Below, one piece after another: positions 49,751 through 60,575 of a DNA stretch of 64,000 bases. A program made the position numbers and the translations under genes. Source of the DNA: Candidatus Freyarchaeum deiterrae (GTDB taxonomy: Archaea > Asgardarchaeota > Jordiarchaeia > Jordiarchaeales > Jordiarchaeaceae); contig CP147778.1 in NCBI GenBank assembly GCA_037305845.1, positions 608,001 to 672,000 on the forward strand, read 5' to 3'. The notes beneath the pieces were generated by a model that made no database searches, had not been told where the DNA came from, and was given only the letters and a program-made list of their open reading frames with translations. Numbering within the stretch: position 1 is the first letter of the stretch; each line of letters opens with the position of its first letter.

Positions 49751-50971
49751 TTACATCACCTCCATAACTTTATTCTGATTCCTCACCATTTCAACATTTT
49801 CCAATCTATTGTTAGCATCATTGATAATGTTCATAAAAGCAATAAATGCATCGTATGGTGAATCATAAGGATTAAAATATTTGTGAACATCCCCGTCTGC
49901 GAACCATTTAGTGCACATGTAGTAAAAATTATCACTTATCTGCAATTTTCTCCAGTCTTCTATCAGTTTGGGATCTCCGCTAGCTTTAACCCTGTCCTCC
50001 ATCTCGTAAATCTTTGCTAATGCCGCTCTTTGCATATTATTACCCAACCATGCACTTAGGTCGCGTTCAATATCAGCCCATGAAATAAGTTGAGGAATAT
50101 CAAGCCCTGCAACTACATTATATTTATCAACGACTTCGCTTGGAGTGAGGAAATCGTTATCAGGATTCTTCAATAATTCTTGGGGCAAAGCCTCTAAGAA
50201 ATTAAATATTCCAGTATCAGCCCACTGGTGCTCCCCAAACGTTTCATAATCGATAAATAGATTAACCACATTCCCGTTCCCATTAGCAGCGCTAATCCAT
50301 TGTGCATACTTGGGTGCTGTTAAGGGATACTCCTTCCAGGTTCTATCTGAAAACCTGAAGGCGATGTCATCAGAAAGCTTGTAATTTTTAAGTAACAGTT
50401 TAATACTCTCACAAGTAGCAGGTCTATACAGAAAATTGGGGCTCCTCCATCCCAAAATGTAATCTGCTCCCTCTGCAAGTATTCCTTTATATCCCATATC
50501 TTCTGCAAACTTTGCAAGCTCATTATTGTAGATTAATTCAGTATTTCTGAATACTCTAGGCTTGTAATTGAAAAGTGACCTTATTTTTTTGTTGTGCATA
50601 ATTATTTGTTTCTTGAACTCCTTTTCCGAATAAATGAAAGCTAAGCTATGATAATACGTTTCGTCAAGAACCTCTACCTGGCCTGTATCTACTAATTCCT
50701 GAAAACACTGCAGCACATCTGGGGCATACTCCTGGAATTGGTCTAGAACTACTCCTGAAAAAGAATAGCTTATCTTAAAATCCGGATTATTTTGGAGCAG
50801 TCTGAGTAAGAGTTTACTGGTGGGTAAATAGCATTTATCAGCTACCTTTTGAAGTACCTCTCTGTTTTTCTGCTCAAAGAAATAATCACTATTATTACCA
50901 ATATCGAAAACAGAATACCGCCTTATCCTATAGGGCTGATGTACCTGGAAATAGAAGCATATGCTAACCAT
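49751..50971 (-). CDS. Glycoside hydrolase family 57 (alpha-amylase-like)
   Basis: FQVHQP.R, ETYYHSL, FRNTELIY, LSDDIAFRFS, DYETFGEHQW, SWAD.ERD.SAW. Confidence 0.95.
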   Translation of the reverse strand: MVSICFYFQVHQPYRIRRYSVFDIGNNSDYFFEQKNREVLQKVADKCYLPTSKLLLRLLQNNPDFKISYSFSGVVLDQFQEYAPDVLQCFQELVDTGQVEVLDETYYHSLAFIYSEKEFKKQIIMHNKKIRSLFNYKPRVFRNTELIYNNELAKFAEDMGYKGILAEGADYILGWRSPNFLYRPATCESIKLLLKNYKLSDDIAFRFSDRTWKEYPLTAPKYAQWISAANGNGNVVNLFIDYETFGEHQWADTGIFNFLEALPQELLKNPDNDFLTPSEVVDKYNVVAGLDIPQLISWADIERDLSAWLGNNMQRAALAKIYEMEDRVKASGDPKLIEDWRKLQISDNFYYMCTKWFADGDVHKYFNPYDSPYDAFIAFMNIINDANNRLENVEMVRNQNKVMEVM

Positions 50972-52189
50972 TCAACCCACGCCCCTTAGTATATTATTAT
51001 AAACATCGATGCATTTCATAGCTGATTTGTTCCAATCAAACTTTTTTATCTCCATACTTCCATTCTGCCTTAGAGTATTCTGCAATTCTTGATATCTTAG
51101 GACACCCAGTATTTTGTCCACCAGTTGATTAATATCCCAGAAATCAACTTTCAAGCAATGCTTTAGCACCTCTGATACGCCGCTTTGTTTTGATATTATA
51201 ACTGGTGTTCCGTTCTTCAAAGACTCTAATGGAGCTATCCCGAACGGCTCGGAAACAGAAGGCATAACATACACATCAGCCATCCGGTAAAGTCTATCCC
51301 GCTCTTCATCCGTCACAAAACCCGCAAAAAGAACCTTATCTGCTATCCCCAGCTCTGCAACTCTCTCTATGAGACGCCATTCCATACTCCCTGTCCCCGC
51401 TATGATGAACTTTATATTGGGATCAAACTCGAGACATTTCTTGGCGGCTTCCACAAAGTAGTCAGGACCCTTCTGAAGAGTTAATCTTCCTAAAAATAGC
51501 ACTATCCTGTCCTTTTTATTTATTTTAAAGTTGTTTTCAAACGGGGTAGATTCAACATCTATAGCATTATAAATTACAGTTACTTTATCTGGATTTATGT
51601 CATAATGCCGTACAATCTTATCCTTGGTAAATTGTGAAACTGCAATAATTTTATCAGCCTCATGCATGCCTCTTCTCTCTGCGTCATAGACTAGCGGATA
51701 AACATTCCCTCCGGTTCTATCAAGTTCCGTAGCGTGCACCTGAACTATGAGAGGTTTGCCTGACGCTTTTTTAGCTCTTATTCCAGCTTGAAAGGTCATC
51801 CAGTCATGGCAATGTATCACGTCAAACTCTTCTTTTTCAGCTAATAGAGCAGCCTTCGTAGAGAACCTATCGACTTCCTGAAAAAGATCTTCCCCGTACA
51901 ATATTCTCTCTTTGGGATTTCTCGAGTATTTCAGATAGGCATTTCGATATTGAGAAGAGCTTATGTAAGCGCGTAAAGGTGAATTAACACCTATAATCTT
52001 CATCCTATTCGGATTATTGGTTGAAACAAGCCTAACGTACTCCGCTTCCGTGTTTTCCGCGGCGTAAGGCATAACAAAAGTAATTTCAGCACCTTGATTA
52101 CTTAAACCTCTGGTGAGTCCGTAACATGCTGTTCCTAAACCTCCCGAACTCATAGGAGGAAATTCCCAACCAAACATTAGTATTTTCAA
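50972..52189 (-). CDS. GT4 glycosyltransferase (glycogen synthase-like); start TTG 52189
   Basis: LMFGWEFPP..SGGLG, HCHDW, GR...QKG, PSVSEPFGI..LE. Confidence 0.93.
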   Translation of the reverse strand: MKILMFGWEFPPMSSGGLGTACYGLTRGLSNQGAEITFVMPYAAENTEAEYVRLVSTNNPNRMKIIGVNSPLRAYISSSQYRNAYLKYSRNPKERILYGEDLFQEVDRFSTKAALLAEKEEFDVIHCHDWMTFQAGIRAKKASGKPLIVQVHATELDRTGGNVYPLVYDAERRGMHEADKIIAVSQFTKDKIVRHYDINPDKVTVIYNAIDVESTPFENNFKINKKDRIVLFLGRLTLQKGPDYFVEAAKKCLEFDPNIKFIIAGTGSMEWRLIERVAELGIADKVLFAGFVTDEERDRLYRMADVYVMPSVSEPFGIAPLESLKNGTPVIISKQSGVSEVLKHCLKVDFWDINQLVDKILGVLRYQELQNTLRQNGSMEIKKFDWNKSAMKCIDVYNNILRGVG

Positions 52190-52696
52190 ATTACATCCTT
52201 CCCATAGATTATAGAAGACCACCCTCCACACACGCACACTAAATTGATGATTTGGTGCGAGTGCTGTCTGGATAAATTATAGGTAAACATCAATTTTTAG
52301 TTATACATTATATGGGGTTTCCCTAGAAATTTTACTTAAGGAAATTAATTACTCCAAAAGTCTTCCTCGCATATGAAACCCTTTTTTATATTATCAAGAA
52401 ATGCTTGGTAATTCTTAAGCTTTTCGCAATTCGAAGTTGTTTGACAGACACCGTGCCCAGTCGGTGAGCGCGTAATATTTTTGGGAAGCGAGTGAAAAAA
52501 GGTCGAGTTTTCCAACTAGAACCTTTCGATCTATTCGCTAACACTTGAATGGAGCTCGGAAATATTGAAATTAATAAGAAAGAGGTTTATCTCCTCTCCT
52601 ACGAGTTGAGAGGGGAACTTCATACATGGAGAGGCAAGGATTTAATCTGAGGGTTTAAGGGTGGATAGAAAAAAAATTTAATATAGTTAATAGAAC

Positions 52697-53413
52697 TTGT
52701 TGAGGAATAATCTAGGAATCAAAATAAGGTGTTCACAAATGCGCAGAATGGAGTTTGAGGGCAAAGAATTAAGAATGGTAGTTTTCGATTTCGACGGAGT
52801 TTTGTATGATGGAGATAGCCACAGCGTGGAATTGGCTGAAAAGCTGGGAATACGTGGAGAAGTCACGAAGATCTTTAAAGATATGCGAGGGGGAAAAATT
52901 TCTGTTGAAGACGCCATAACCAGATCCGCACTCTACTGGAAGGACATTGACGTAGACAGAGTTCTGAAAATGATGAGAGAAATGAAGCTACGGAAGGGCT
53001 CTAAGGAAACCATTCAAAAACTGAAGAAAGCAGGATACTTAACAGCTCTTGTCAGCTGCGGTGGAAGTAACACCGGATTTCAAGCAACCAAGGAAAAACT
53101 AGGACTTGACTATGTTTACAGTAATTCCGCCGAAGTGGTGAATGGAAAGTTTACGGGAATGCTTACAGCGCCACCTGTAGGAGCCAAGGAGAAAGCAGAA
53201 CTATTCTTAAAAGTAGCCCAAGAGGCTGATGTTGACCCCTCAGAGTGCGCCGTGATTGGCAACGACGAAATGGACATACCAATGTTCTTGAAGGCGAAAT
53301 ACAGCATAGCCGTAAATCCTTCTGAGGGCCTAAAAAAATATTCCAAGTTCATTTTAAATTTAAAGGATATGAGGGAAATACTCCCTTACTTAATTGTGGA
53401 AAATAAAAAATAA
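52697..53413 (+). CDS. HAD-IB phosphatase (phosphoserine phosphatase-like)
   Basis: FDFDGVL, K, IGNDEMD..M. Confidence 0.85.
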   Translation: MLRNNLGIKIRCSQMRRMEFEGKELRMVVFDFDGVLYDGDSHSVELAEKLGIRGEVTKIFKDMRGGKISVEDAITRSALYWKDIDVDRVLKMMREMKLRKGSKETIQKLKKAGYLTALVSCGGSNTGFQATKEKLGLDYVYSNSAEVVNGKFTGMLTAPPVGAKEKAELFLKVAQEADVDPSECAVIGNDEMDIPMFLKAKYSIAVNPSEGLKKYSKFILNLKDMREILPYLIVENKK

Positions 53414-53503
53414 AAAAAGATTTCATCTTTCTCAGCTTTGAGAAAGTTTAACGGATTTTCTTTCTCTTTTTGGGAATTATTTCTTCTGGTCTGCTTTGTT
53501 TGG

Positions 53504-54370
53504 TTATTTGATGTTTAGTATTTTTTGTGCGTTTTCACCCAAGATTTTTCTTTTGAAGCTCTCACTTATTGGTAGATCCTCGACGGCTTTTATTCCCGCA
53601 TCGAATGGAGAGAATGGAAAATCGGTGGCAAAAAGTAGCTTGTGTTCTAGCCCATTGTCGGTAAACGCTTGCCAAGGAAAGTACTGGTATAGGCTAAGCC
53701 AGACGGAAATGTCCAGATACGCGTTTTCGTGGCGTAGACAAATCGACCAAGCGTCCATGTACCAGGGTGCGGCGAGGTGCCCCATAATGATGGTTAGGTC
53801 GGGGTATTTTAGTGCTACTTCATCCCAGAGCATGGGTTGCCCGTATTTCGCCACGGATGTGGGAACGGAGGCTTGGTGGCCTGTGTGCGACCACACTGGT
53901 ATTTTCAGTTCTAGTGCCTTTTCCCACAAGGGATAGTATTTTTCATCGTTTGGATAGAATTTTTGCAGTGGTGGAACTAGTTTTAATCCCCTTAACTTCA
54001 GTTTGTGGACTCCGTACTCAAGGACGTTTACGGCGAATTTTCGGTTTGGGTCAACGGAGGCGAATCCTATTAGTTTGTCGGGGAATTTACTCGCCATTCT
54101 GGAGATATCTTCGTTTGTGCCCAGTTGGCATCCGTAGGAGGCTGATAGGTCCATGGGAACTATTACCGCCTTGTCTATTCCCGCGGCGGTTAAAGCCTTT
54201 ACAAAGTCTTCGATGGTTTGGTTTTGGTGTAGGAACAAGAAACCGTTTATGACCATTTGAGATTTTTCAGTTTTCGCTCTTTCTCCAAACATGCTCTTAA
54301 TAAGCGTATTCTGGTCTGGTAAAGGCGTCAAATCTTTACATACCGGATGCGTGTGAATATCAATTATCAT
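53504..54370 (-). CDS. Amidohydrolase family 2 protein (start ATG 54370)
   Basis: IIDIHTH, GLKL.P, HTG, .H, LLFATDFP, ILGENA. Confidence 0.9.
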   Translation of the reverse strand: MIIDIHTHPVCKDLTPLPDQNTLIKSMFGERAKTEKSQMVINGFLFLHQNQTIEDFVKALTAAGIDKAVIVPMDLSASYGCQLGTNEDISRMASKFPDKLIGFASVDPNRKFAVNVLEYGVHKLKLRGLKLVPPLQKFYPNDEKYYPLWEKALELKIPVWSHTGHQASVPTSVAKYGQPMLWDEVALKYPDLTIIMGHLAAPWYMDAWSICLRHENAYLDISVWLSLYQYFPWQAFTDNGLEHKLLFATDFPFSPFDAGIKAVEDLPISESFKRKILGENAQKILNIK

Positions 54371-54554
54371 CCAAGAGGCTCTCCCTTTTTTCAAGTACAT
54401 TAATAGAATATTTTTTGAACTCTTATTTAAGCACTCTGCATCGAGGTAAGTTAAACCAAACATTTTTTCGGCGAATTTGTGGAGAAAATTCGAATTTCCC
54501 AAACAGAAAAATAAATAAATTTAGAAGAAAGATAAGTATAAGACGTTTATAATC

Positions 54555-55610
54555 TTGGTGAGTTGGAACCGTATGGACAGGCGGAAGTGGAAAAGGAATG
54601 TCACTATAATGGTGTTGGGTGCTTTCAATGCAGAATCACTCTCATCATCAACTCCGCCTTACCAGTGGGTTTCTAACGGGTGGGCTATTTTTGTTACGTT
54701 TATGTTCTACGGGCTAATGCTGCTTGTTATTGAGGATTTGGTTTCCCGTTACTCTTTGGATTACCGCAAACTGCTTCTGATAGGATTCATATACGGCATA
54801 CTGGAAGAGGGGTTTTTAGCTCTCACCAATGAATTACCAGCTCCACCAGGATTTATGGCGGGGTTTGGGCGTTACTATGGGTTGAATGTTCCTTGGACCA
54901 TTTTTATTTCGGAGTTTCACGCGATATACACTGTGGTTTTAACCTTCATGATTGCGGATCTCATTATTCCCAGGGAGAAAACGGGCCCCGTGCTTTCCAA
55001 AAAACAATATGTCCCTGTCCTAGCGTACTTAGCATTTCTTTACCTGTTTGTACCAAACGCTGTGATAAATATGGTTAGTACGAAAAGCAATTTTGCTATG
55101 CTTCTGTTTGAGCCCCAGTTTTATCTGAGTAACTTCTTCCTGATTAACTCAATTAAAATTTATCCAACAGGGGAGTCTGTTGTAATTCAGTTGGTTGCTA
55201 TTCTGGTACTGTCTGTACTGGTGATACGGTTACCGAGATTGAACATGGATGGTTCTGGGAAGGAGGTTGTCAGCAGAAGAAGTTATGCAATTCGAGTATT
55301 GGCATTTGAGCTAATGTTTTGGGTTCCCTATATGATACAGTTTCTGCATGGTTCTGATTTTTTAGCTGTGATTTACTATCTACTGCTCCCGATTGTTTTC
55401 TGGAGGTTGATTCTATCCAAAATTAGGAGAGACAATCTATTTGACACTAAGAAGATTGCTGCGATAAGTTTGACTCTACTGCTATTCTTTGGAGGGTTTG
55501 GCGTCTTCATCTACTTTTTGAGAGGCGACCTTCTCGATGGTTTAATAGTTATAGCAGCTTTGGGGATTGAAGTTTGGTTAATAATCCGTAAATCTTCACA
55601 TAGCAATTAA
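54555..55610 (+). CDS. Multi-pass membrane protein
   Basis: About nine TM segments; NAE.LS.S, YG, G.IYG..EEG, H motifs. Confidence 0.75.
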   Translation: MVSWNRMDRRKWKRNVTIMVLGAFNAESLSSSTPPYQWVSNGWAIFVTFMFYGLMLLVIEDLVSRYSLDYRKLLLIGFIYGILEEGFLALTNELPAPPGFMAGFGRYYGLNVPWTIFISEFHAIYTVVLTFMIADLIIPREKTGPVLSKKQYVPVLAYLAFLYLFVPNAVINMVSTKSNFAMLLFEPQFYLSNFFLINSIKIYPTGESVVIQLVAILVLSVLVIRLPRLNMDGSGKEVVSRRSYAIRVLAFELMFWVPYMIQFLHGSDFLAVIYYLLLPIVFWRLILSKIRRDNLFDTKKIAAISLTLLLFFGGFGVFIYFLRGDLLDGLIVIAALGIEVWLIIRKSSHSN

Positions 55611-55746
55611 GCGATGAAGCAAAAATAAATGTGAACCTAAGGGGGGGATAAAACATTTTTTAAAAGAAGATATGTCCGAAGGATTTGCCTCCTCGGACGA
55701 GTATTAGCTTACGAACCTTTTACTTTTTTTAAAAAGTGGAGAGTTA

Positions 55747-56829
55747 CTATTTGATATGTTCCCAGTATTCCGAGTTGATTATCACTTTTGAGTAATCACG
55801 AACGTATTCAAGTGATTGTTTAAGAGCGCAGTTGATTACTTCTAGATTTAGTAGTATTTTTGGCTCAATGGATTTTTCCGATTCTGCCTTTCTTATTTCG
55901 CTACGTGTTTTGAATATTTTATCTATTTTCCTTATTATTTCGTGAGCAGCCTTAGGATCTTTTTGAGTTCCAGCCGTTAGAACCTCGTCTATTAGGGTGA
56001 TTGCCTCATCACTGAGTTTCGAGTAGAGTTTTTGAATATCGCTCGGAATCTTAATGTTCTTGAAAGATTCTGTTTGTTGGGATATTTCCATCGAGGCATC
56101 AGCAATTCTTTCTATGCTCCTTACTACAACGCTCCAACCCATCGCGGCTCCGCCATTGTCTAAACCAATTTTTCGGGCAATAGCTTTATCGCGTATTCCC
56201 AGGGTTAGTAATCTTTGTATGAGCAGGTATAGTCGGTCGACCTCATCGTCCTGCGCTTCTATTTCTTTCATATTTTCGAGATTCGTGTCTACAATGCCTT
56301 TTATTGCTTTTTTGAACATGGACGAGGCGACTAGTGCCAATCGATTAACAACCTCTTCCAAGTTGAAGTCGGACGGTTCTAAAAGATTTTTGACTTTAAT
56401 TGAATTGGCGGATTCCGAGATGACCTCAAAACCGATGAGGTTGCGTATAGAGTCCACTGCTGCCCTTTTTTGTGAGGAATCCATATCCTTTTTCTTGGAA
56501 ATTATTTCCAGATTATCAACGCCCATCACATAGTTACCCAGAATTGTTGTTACTAATTCCGAATCGGAAAGACTATCCAAGAGTATTTTCGGAGCTGGTT
56601 TCTCTTTCTTTTTGGTTTCAAGAACTTTATTTATTCTCAGTTGACCTTCTTCTTCCTGTGTTATGGCGATAGTGTCTCCCCTCTTGATATTGTTAATTTT
56701 TATCCAATTTTTGGGGAGAGATACAATATAGGAAGACTTGCCAGTTATTTGCACTTTCCGAAATTCGATGTTTTCCTTTCCATCACTACTATCCATCGGC
56801 GACACCTTAATTATAACAGTGATGTACAA
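55747..56829 (-). CDS. phoU: AbrB-PhoU phosphate uptake regulator
   Basis: RKVQ.TG.SSY.VSLPK.W; DDEVDRLY.L..R; ER.AD. Confidence 0.9.
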   Translation of the reverse strand: MYITVIIKVSPMDSSDGKENIEFRKVQITGKSSYIVSLPKNWIKINNIKRGDTIAITQEEEGQLRINKVLETKKKEKPAPKILLDSLSDSELVTTILGNYVMGVDNLEIISKKKDMDSSQKRAAVDSIRNLIGFEVISESANSIKVKNLLEPSDFNLEEVVNRLALVASSMFKKAIKGIVDTNLENMKEIEAQDDEVDRLYLLIQRLLTLGIRDKAIARKIGLDNGGAAMGWSVVVRSIERIADASMEISQQTESFKNIKIPSDIQKLYSKLSDEAITLIDEVLTAGTQKDPKAAHEIIRKIDKIFKTRSEIRKAESEKSIEPKILLNLEVINCALKQSLEYVRDYSKVIINSEYWEHIK

Positions 56830-57056
56830 AATATATACAATATATATATAAAGTTTTTTAAAAAAAAGAAGCGTGAAAATCTATAGACTCCTTGGTGTAC
56901 GAACCCGAAAATGCAGACAAGAACCCAGCTTCAAATTTGTAACCCAATAGTTTGTCATTATCCCGTGAAACTATAAGCTCAAAGCAAAGTATTCCTCTTC
57001 AAGAACTAGAATAGAATTATAATTTAACAGAGCAGAGGAGCTTTGGGGAAGAGTAT

Positions 57057-57752
57057 CTACAAGAAACTAGGGCCAAGCAGGGGATAAAATAGGACATAAA
57101 CACCTAGTGTAACAAGTGTTCCAACTATTGCTCCCGCTATTGATTGCCAAGTTGTATGCGCTTTTAATTTGATTCTGCTCCAAACAACCAACACTATCAA
57201 AGCGACAACCGGAAGCGCTACCAGTCCAAAAACGCCCACGAGAGCAGTTGAAGGCCCAGAAACTCCGGCTGTATGCACACTAATTTTCCATTTTAGATTA
57301 ATTATAGCAACACTCAGAGTAACGAAAACATAAGACAGGGAAATAGCATACATAGCGGTTGATTTTCCGTAAAAAAATATCAGTGAACCAATTAAATAAA
57401 TCAAGATAGCAAAAATGAAGAAAGGAGTTCTACGAGTACGAGAAGACACCCAAATATCAACTCTTCCCAGAGCATATGCAACCAATACCGGAGAAACCGG
57501 GAGGAAAACAATGAAGATTATTCCAAGTAAAAAGCAATATAAAGAATTCAGTATGGGCCCGGTGCCAATGGGTGATGCAAAAGCTAAAATTAAGACAACT
57601 AAAAAAGCAAAGGGCTGAGGTGCAAGAACCTTAGAAATCAAGTCCGCAGCACGGTAAGCGGTGTCCCTCCTATTTCCCACAGTAGACTTGGTTCTTCGAA
57701 TTTTTTTAGCCTTATTATATCCATCATTTTTCCTTGTGGAATCAGGATTCAA
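57057..57752 (-). CDS. PAP2-like membrane protein
   Basis: R..R..P, KIS.H..G, WSR..L.AHT..Q...G. Confidence 0.75.
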   Translation of the reverse strand: MNPDSTRKNDGYNKAKKIRRTKSTVGNRRDTAYRAADLISKVLAPQPFAFLVVLILAFASPIGTGPILNSLYCFLLGIIFIVFLPVSPVLVAYALGRVDIWVSSRTRRTPFFIFAILIYLIGSLIFFYGKSTAMYAISLSYVFVTLSVAIINLKWKISVHTAGVSGPSTALVGVFGLVALPVVALIVLVVWSRIKLKAHTTWQSIAGAIVGTLVTLGVYVLFYPLLGPSFL

Positions 57753-57939
57753 ATACTTGCCTCCAAATTGTCTTAAAATATTCTCAATAATGTAGATTTT
57801 AACAGATAAAAAAATATTGCGAAACGGAGAGGGAAACCGGAACTTGTTGATAGTCTAACTAGTTGAATTGACGCTTCCTAAGATTTATATAAAATAAACG
57901 GATAGAGCCAATTTCTATTGCAGTTACTAATTGGGGTTT

Positions 57940-58146
57940 TCACTTTCCAATTATGACTTCTGTACTCTTTATTATTGCCTCTACCTTGTCTCCCACTTTC
58001 AACTTCATTTCTTCTGCGGAATCCTTGGTTATAACCGCGGTTATTGTTACTGGTGCATCAATTTTTATTTTGATTTTTGCGGTGATAACTCCCAGTTCAA
58101 CTTCTGTAATGCTACCTTTCATTTGGTTTCTTGCACTTAACTTCAA
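57940..58146 (-). CDS. TOBE/Mop molybdate-binding protein
   Basis: MKLSARNQ.KG, ITAVIT..S.E...L..G..V.A.IKS. Confidence 0.92.
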   Translation of the reverse strand: MKLSARNQMKGSITEVELGVITAKIKIKIDAPVTITAVITKDSAEEMKLKVGDKVEAIIKSTEVIIGK

Positions 58147-58170
58147 TTTCGATCTCCTCCTCTATTCATA

Positions 58171-58830
58171 CTAAATCTGTTCGGGTTTATCTATCATTAC
58201 CTCTGTGGACTTTATGAATATTTTTACCTCACTACCCTTGTTAATTTCGAGTTCCTTAGTTGATTTCGTGGTAATCATGGATGTTATTGTAAAAGGTTTT
58301 TTCAATTCTACCTGAACAAAGGCGGCATTGTCTCCGACTTCCACATTGACTATTTCACCGCTTAATCGATTTTTATCAGGAATGGAAAAACCACAGGCCT
58401 CCCACAACTCAGAATTCTCCATAGCGTGTTCGATAAAGCTTTCAAAACGTTTGTATTTTTTGAGAAGATACTTCCCCATGGGAGTAAGCTTCATACCACC
58501 TCCGCCTTCTCTTCCACCCTTAAAGGGTTCGACTATTGGTTTGCCTATTCTTTTTTCGATTTTTTTTAAGTATCCCCAAGCGTATCTATAAGAAAGATTC
58601 AGGTTTTTCGCAGCTTTGGTGAGGGATCCCTCCTTCTCAATCTTTTCCAAAAGTTCAGCTCCGCCTTTTCCTAGAAGAGATTCGCCCTCTAATTCCAACC
58701 AGATTTTGGTCTTAATCATTACTTCCAAAAGCATCACCAACCCGAAGGCACCTATAAACCAGGAGGCCAGAATAATACTATATTTTCTTTCCGCTATTTC
58801 TACATATCTGCGATAAGAGAAGTTTTCCAA
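58171..58830 (-). CDS. modE: ModE-family regulator (wHTH plus TOBE)
   Basis: LL..I...GSL..AA..L.LSYR.AW, GG..GGG..LT, C-terminal TOBE. Confidence 0.9.
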   Translation of the reverse strand: MENFSYRRYVEIAERKYSIILASWFIGAFGLVMLLEVMIKTKIWLELEGESLLGKGGAELLEKIEKEGSLTKAAKNLNLSYRYAWGYLKKIEKRIGKPIVEPFKGGREGGGGMKLTPMGKYLLKKYKRFESFIEHAMENSELWEACGFSIPDKNRLSGEIVNVEVGDNAAFVQVELKKPFTITSMITTKSTKELEINKGSEVKIFIKSTEVMIDKPEQI

Positions 58831-58840
58831 GTTATAAAAT

Positions 58841-59233
58841 CTATTTCGTAGTTTTTCCCTTGATTCTGTTCAGTCCCCTATCTATGAGTATGTCTCCTGT
58901 TTCGTTGTTTTTAATCTGAATCACTCTGTGGAAGGGGATTGGGGCCTCGTCCCCCATGTAGGAGTATGTGAAGAAGCCGCCAGCGATTTCAGTGATACTT
59001 GAGTAGGGGATTTCCTTTATGTTACCCTCATCAGTTCTGTGGATAAAAATTACAGAGTATGAATCCGGGTCGTGTCTCTTATCCCATCTAATCTCGTTGA
59101 GTAGGTCTCTAATGGTGATTCTCTTTCCTTCACGGCAATTCCTGCAGAGTAAAACAGTTCTACCCTTTTCTTTTACTTCCTCCACATCGAGGGTGCTGCC
59201 ACACTTTTCACAATGAATCTTCAAATCAGCCAC
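58841..59233 (-). CDS. Zn-ribbon plus DUF504/MJ1316-like domain protein
   Basis: CEKC...CRNC; IRDLLN.IRWD, IPFHRV..I. Confidence 0.8.
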   Translation of the reverse strand: MADLKIHCEKCGSTLDVEEVKEKGRTVLLCRNCREGKRITIRDLLNEIRWDKRHDPDSYSVIFIHRTDEGNIKEIPYSSITEIAGGFFTYSYMGDEAPIPFHRVIQIKNNETGDILIDRGLNRIKGKTTK

Positions 59234-59367
59234 TGAAACAATTTTTCAAGAGAGAAACATACTTCTGACAAAAATAAACCTTAGCCAAAGAAGGGAAATG
59301 ACTGAGGGTTAAGCAGCTCAAATTAATGTTTGATAACTCCTCTCAGATACATAGTTATTATTTAATT

Positions 59368-59934
59368 TTAGGAATCTTCTCCTTCATTTAATTTTTGCTC
59401 GGAGTTGTTACTGTCTGTTTTTTGTTCCGGTTTTTCGAATCTTTGTCGAATACTACCTGGAAGGTAGAATAATATCACAAAACCGAATGCTAGAGGAATA
59501 TAGTATGAGATTTGTACTAGTATTAAGTTAGAAGTTAGCGAGGATAGAAAGTATAATACGTTCAGATTTAACCCAGCGGGTATGAAGGGAAGAATTAGGT
59601 TAAACGCAGCATAGCAGCCCGTGAAATAGAAAGCCCATCTTTTCTGCCTGTAAAATCCTATGCCAGATACAAACAGGCCAACTCCCAAAACGAAGAGAGC
59701 TATCATAATTACAAGAATTTGAGGGATTGAGGGTAACTGAAGTAAGTAACTCAAGATCCAAGAGGATAAAAGATCCGGGGAATAAACATAAACTAGAAAA
59801 CCTGTCTGAAAGCTCATTACCTGCCAATTAAGCACAGGCAGCAGAGAGGAAAGATACCCGCTCAGTATAGTCATAAAAGACATGAAGAATAAGAAGATGG
59901 AAATTATCATTATATCCCAAGGTTTTGCGACCAT
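59368..59934 (-). CDS. Four-TM membrane protein
   Basis: KP..I.IISI, G.G....K.WA; similar layout to 29167-29598. Confidence 0.7.
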   Translation of the reverse strand: MVAKPWDIMIISIFLFFMSFMTILSGYLSSLLPVLNWQVMSFQTGFLVYVYSPDLLSSWILSYLLQLPSIPQILVIMIALFVLGVGLFVSGIGFYRQKRWAFYFTGCYAAFNLILPFIPAGLNLNVLYFLSSLTSNLILVQISYYIPLAFGFVILFYLPGSIRQRFEKPEQKTDSNNSEQKLNEGEDS

Positions 59935-60160
59935 AAATAAAGCCTCAAAACAGTTTCAATAAACTACGATTATTTATGTATGAGGTAATAAAGTAGTGCT
60001 ATTGTTTAATAAGTGGGAAGAACCTTTATTTACTTTCTTGTTTATAAAAACCGATAAAAACGTTGTTAATTTTGTAAGCGAATCATGCTTGGTTAGATGT
60101 TTGGGAAGATGTTATAATTGTTTAATATAAAATGATTATATTGCTGTCCAAGAGGGTTTT

Positions 60161-60553
60161 GTGATGACTTTGGATGAGTTGGAGTATGGCGAGGTTGTTT
60201 CTATTATAAACGGTAATTTGACTCATGCCCAGCGATTATATGGAGAGGCGAAGATAAATTGGGTTGAGAGGGATATCCTTATCGCCGCCAGTGGACTTGC
60301 AAGGAGAGATAGGGGTGCTGAAGACCAGCTCCTTAAGCTTTCTGAGTACGTAGATGAGAAGAATTTTAAACAATTGAAAGATTTCGTGGAAAATCAGAAC
60401 AAAGTTACATGGCTAATTTTCGCGAAATCGTGCAGAGTTCACAGGGACGTACCTCCAACGGAGGAGAAGAAATGGAATTTAGTGGAGTATCGTAAGAAGA
60501 GCGTGATAGTTAGAGACTCCCTTGTTGAGGTTGTGGAGAAGAAACGCATGTAA
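60161..60553 (+). CDS. Hypothetical protein
   Basis: 130-aa ORF with GAGGG RBS, co-oriented with the next gene. Confidence 0.65.
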   Translation: MMTLDELEYGEVVSIINGNLTHAQRLYGEAKINWVERDILIAASGLARRDRGAEDQLLKLSEYVDEKNFKQLKDFVENQNKVTWLIFAKSCRVHRDVPPTEEKKWNLVEYRKKSVIVRDSLVEVVEKKRM

Positions 60554-60575
60554 GTCAAATTTGGAGGGATTTGGT

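Noticed and set aside
52440-52640. Structured ncRNA in the GT4/HAD spacer
   Set aside because: Only a short hairpin (CTCCTCTC...GAGAGGGG); no recognisable RNA family
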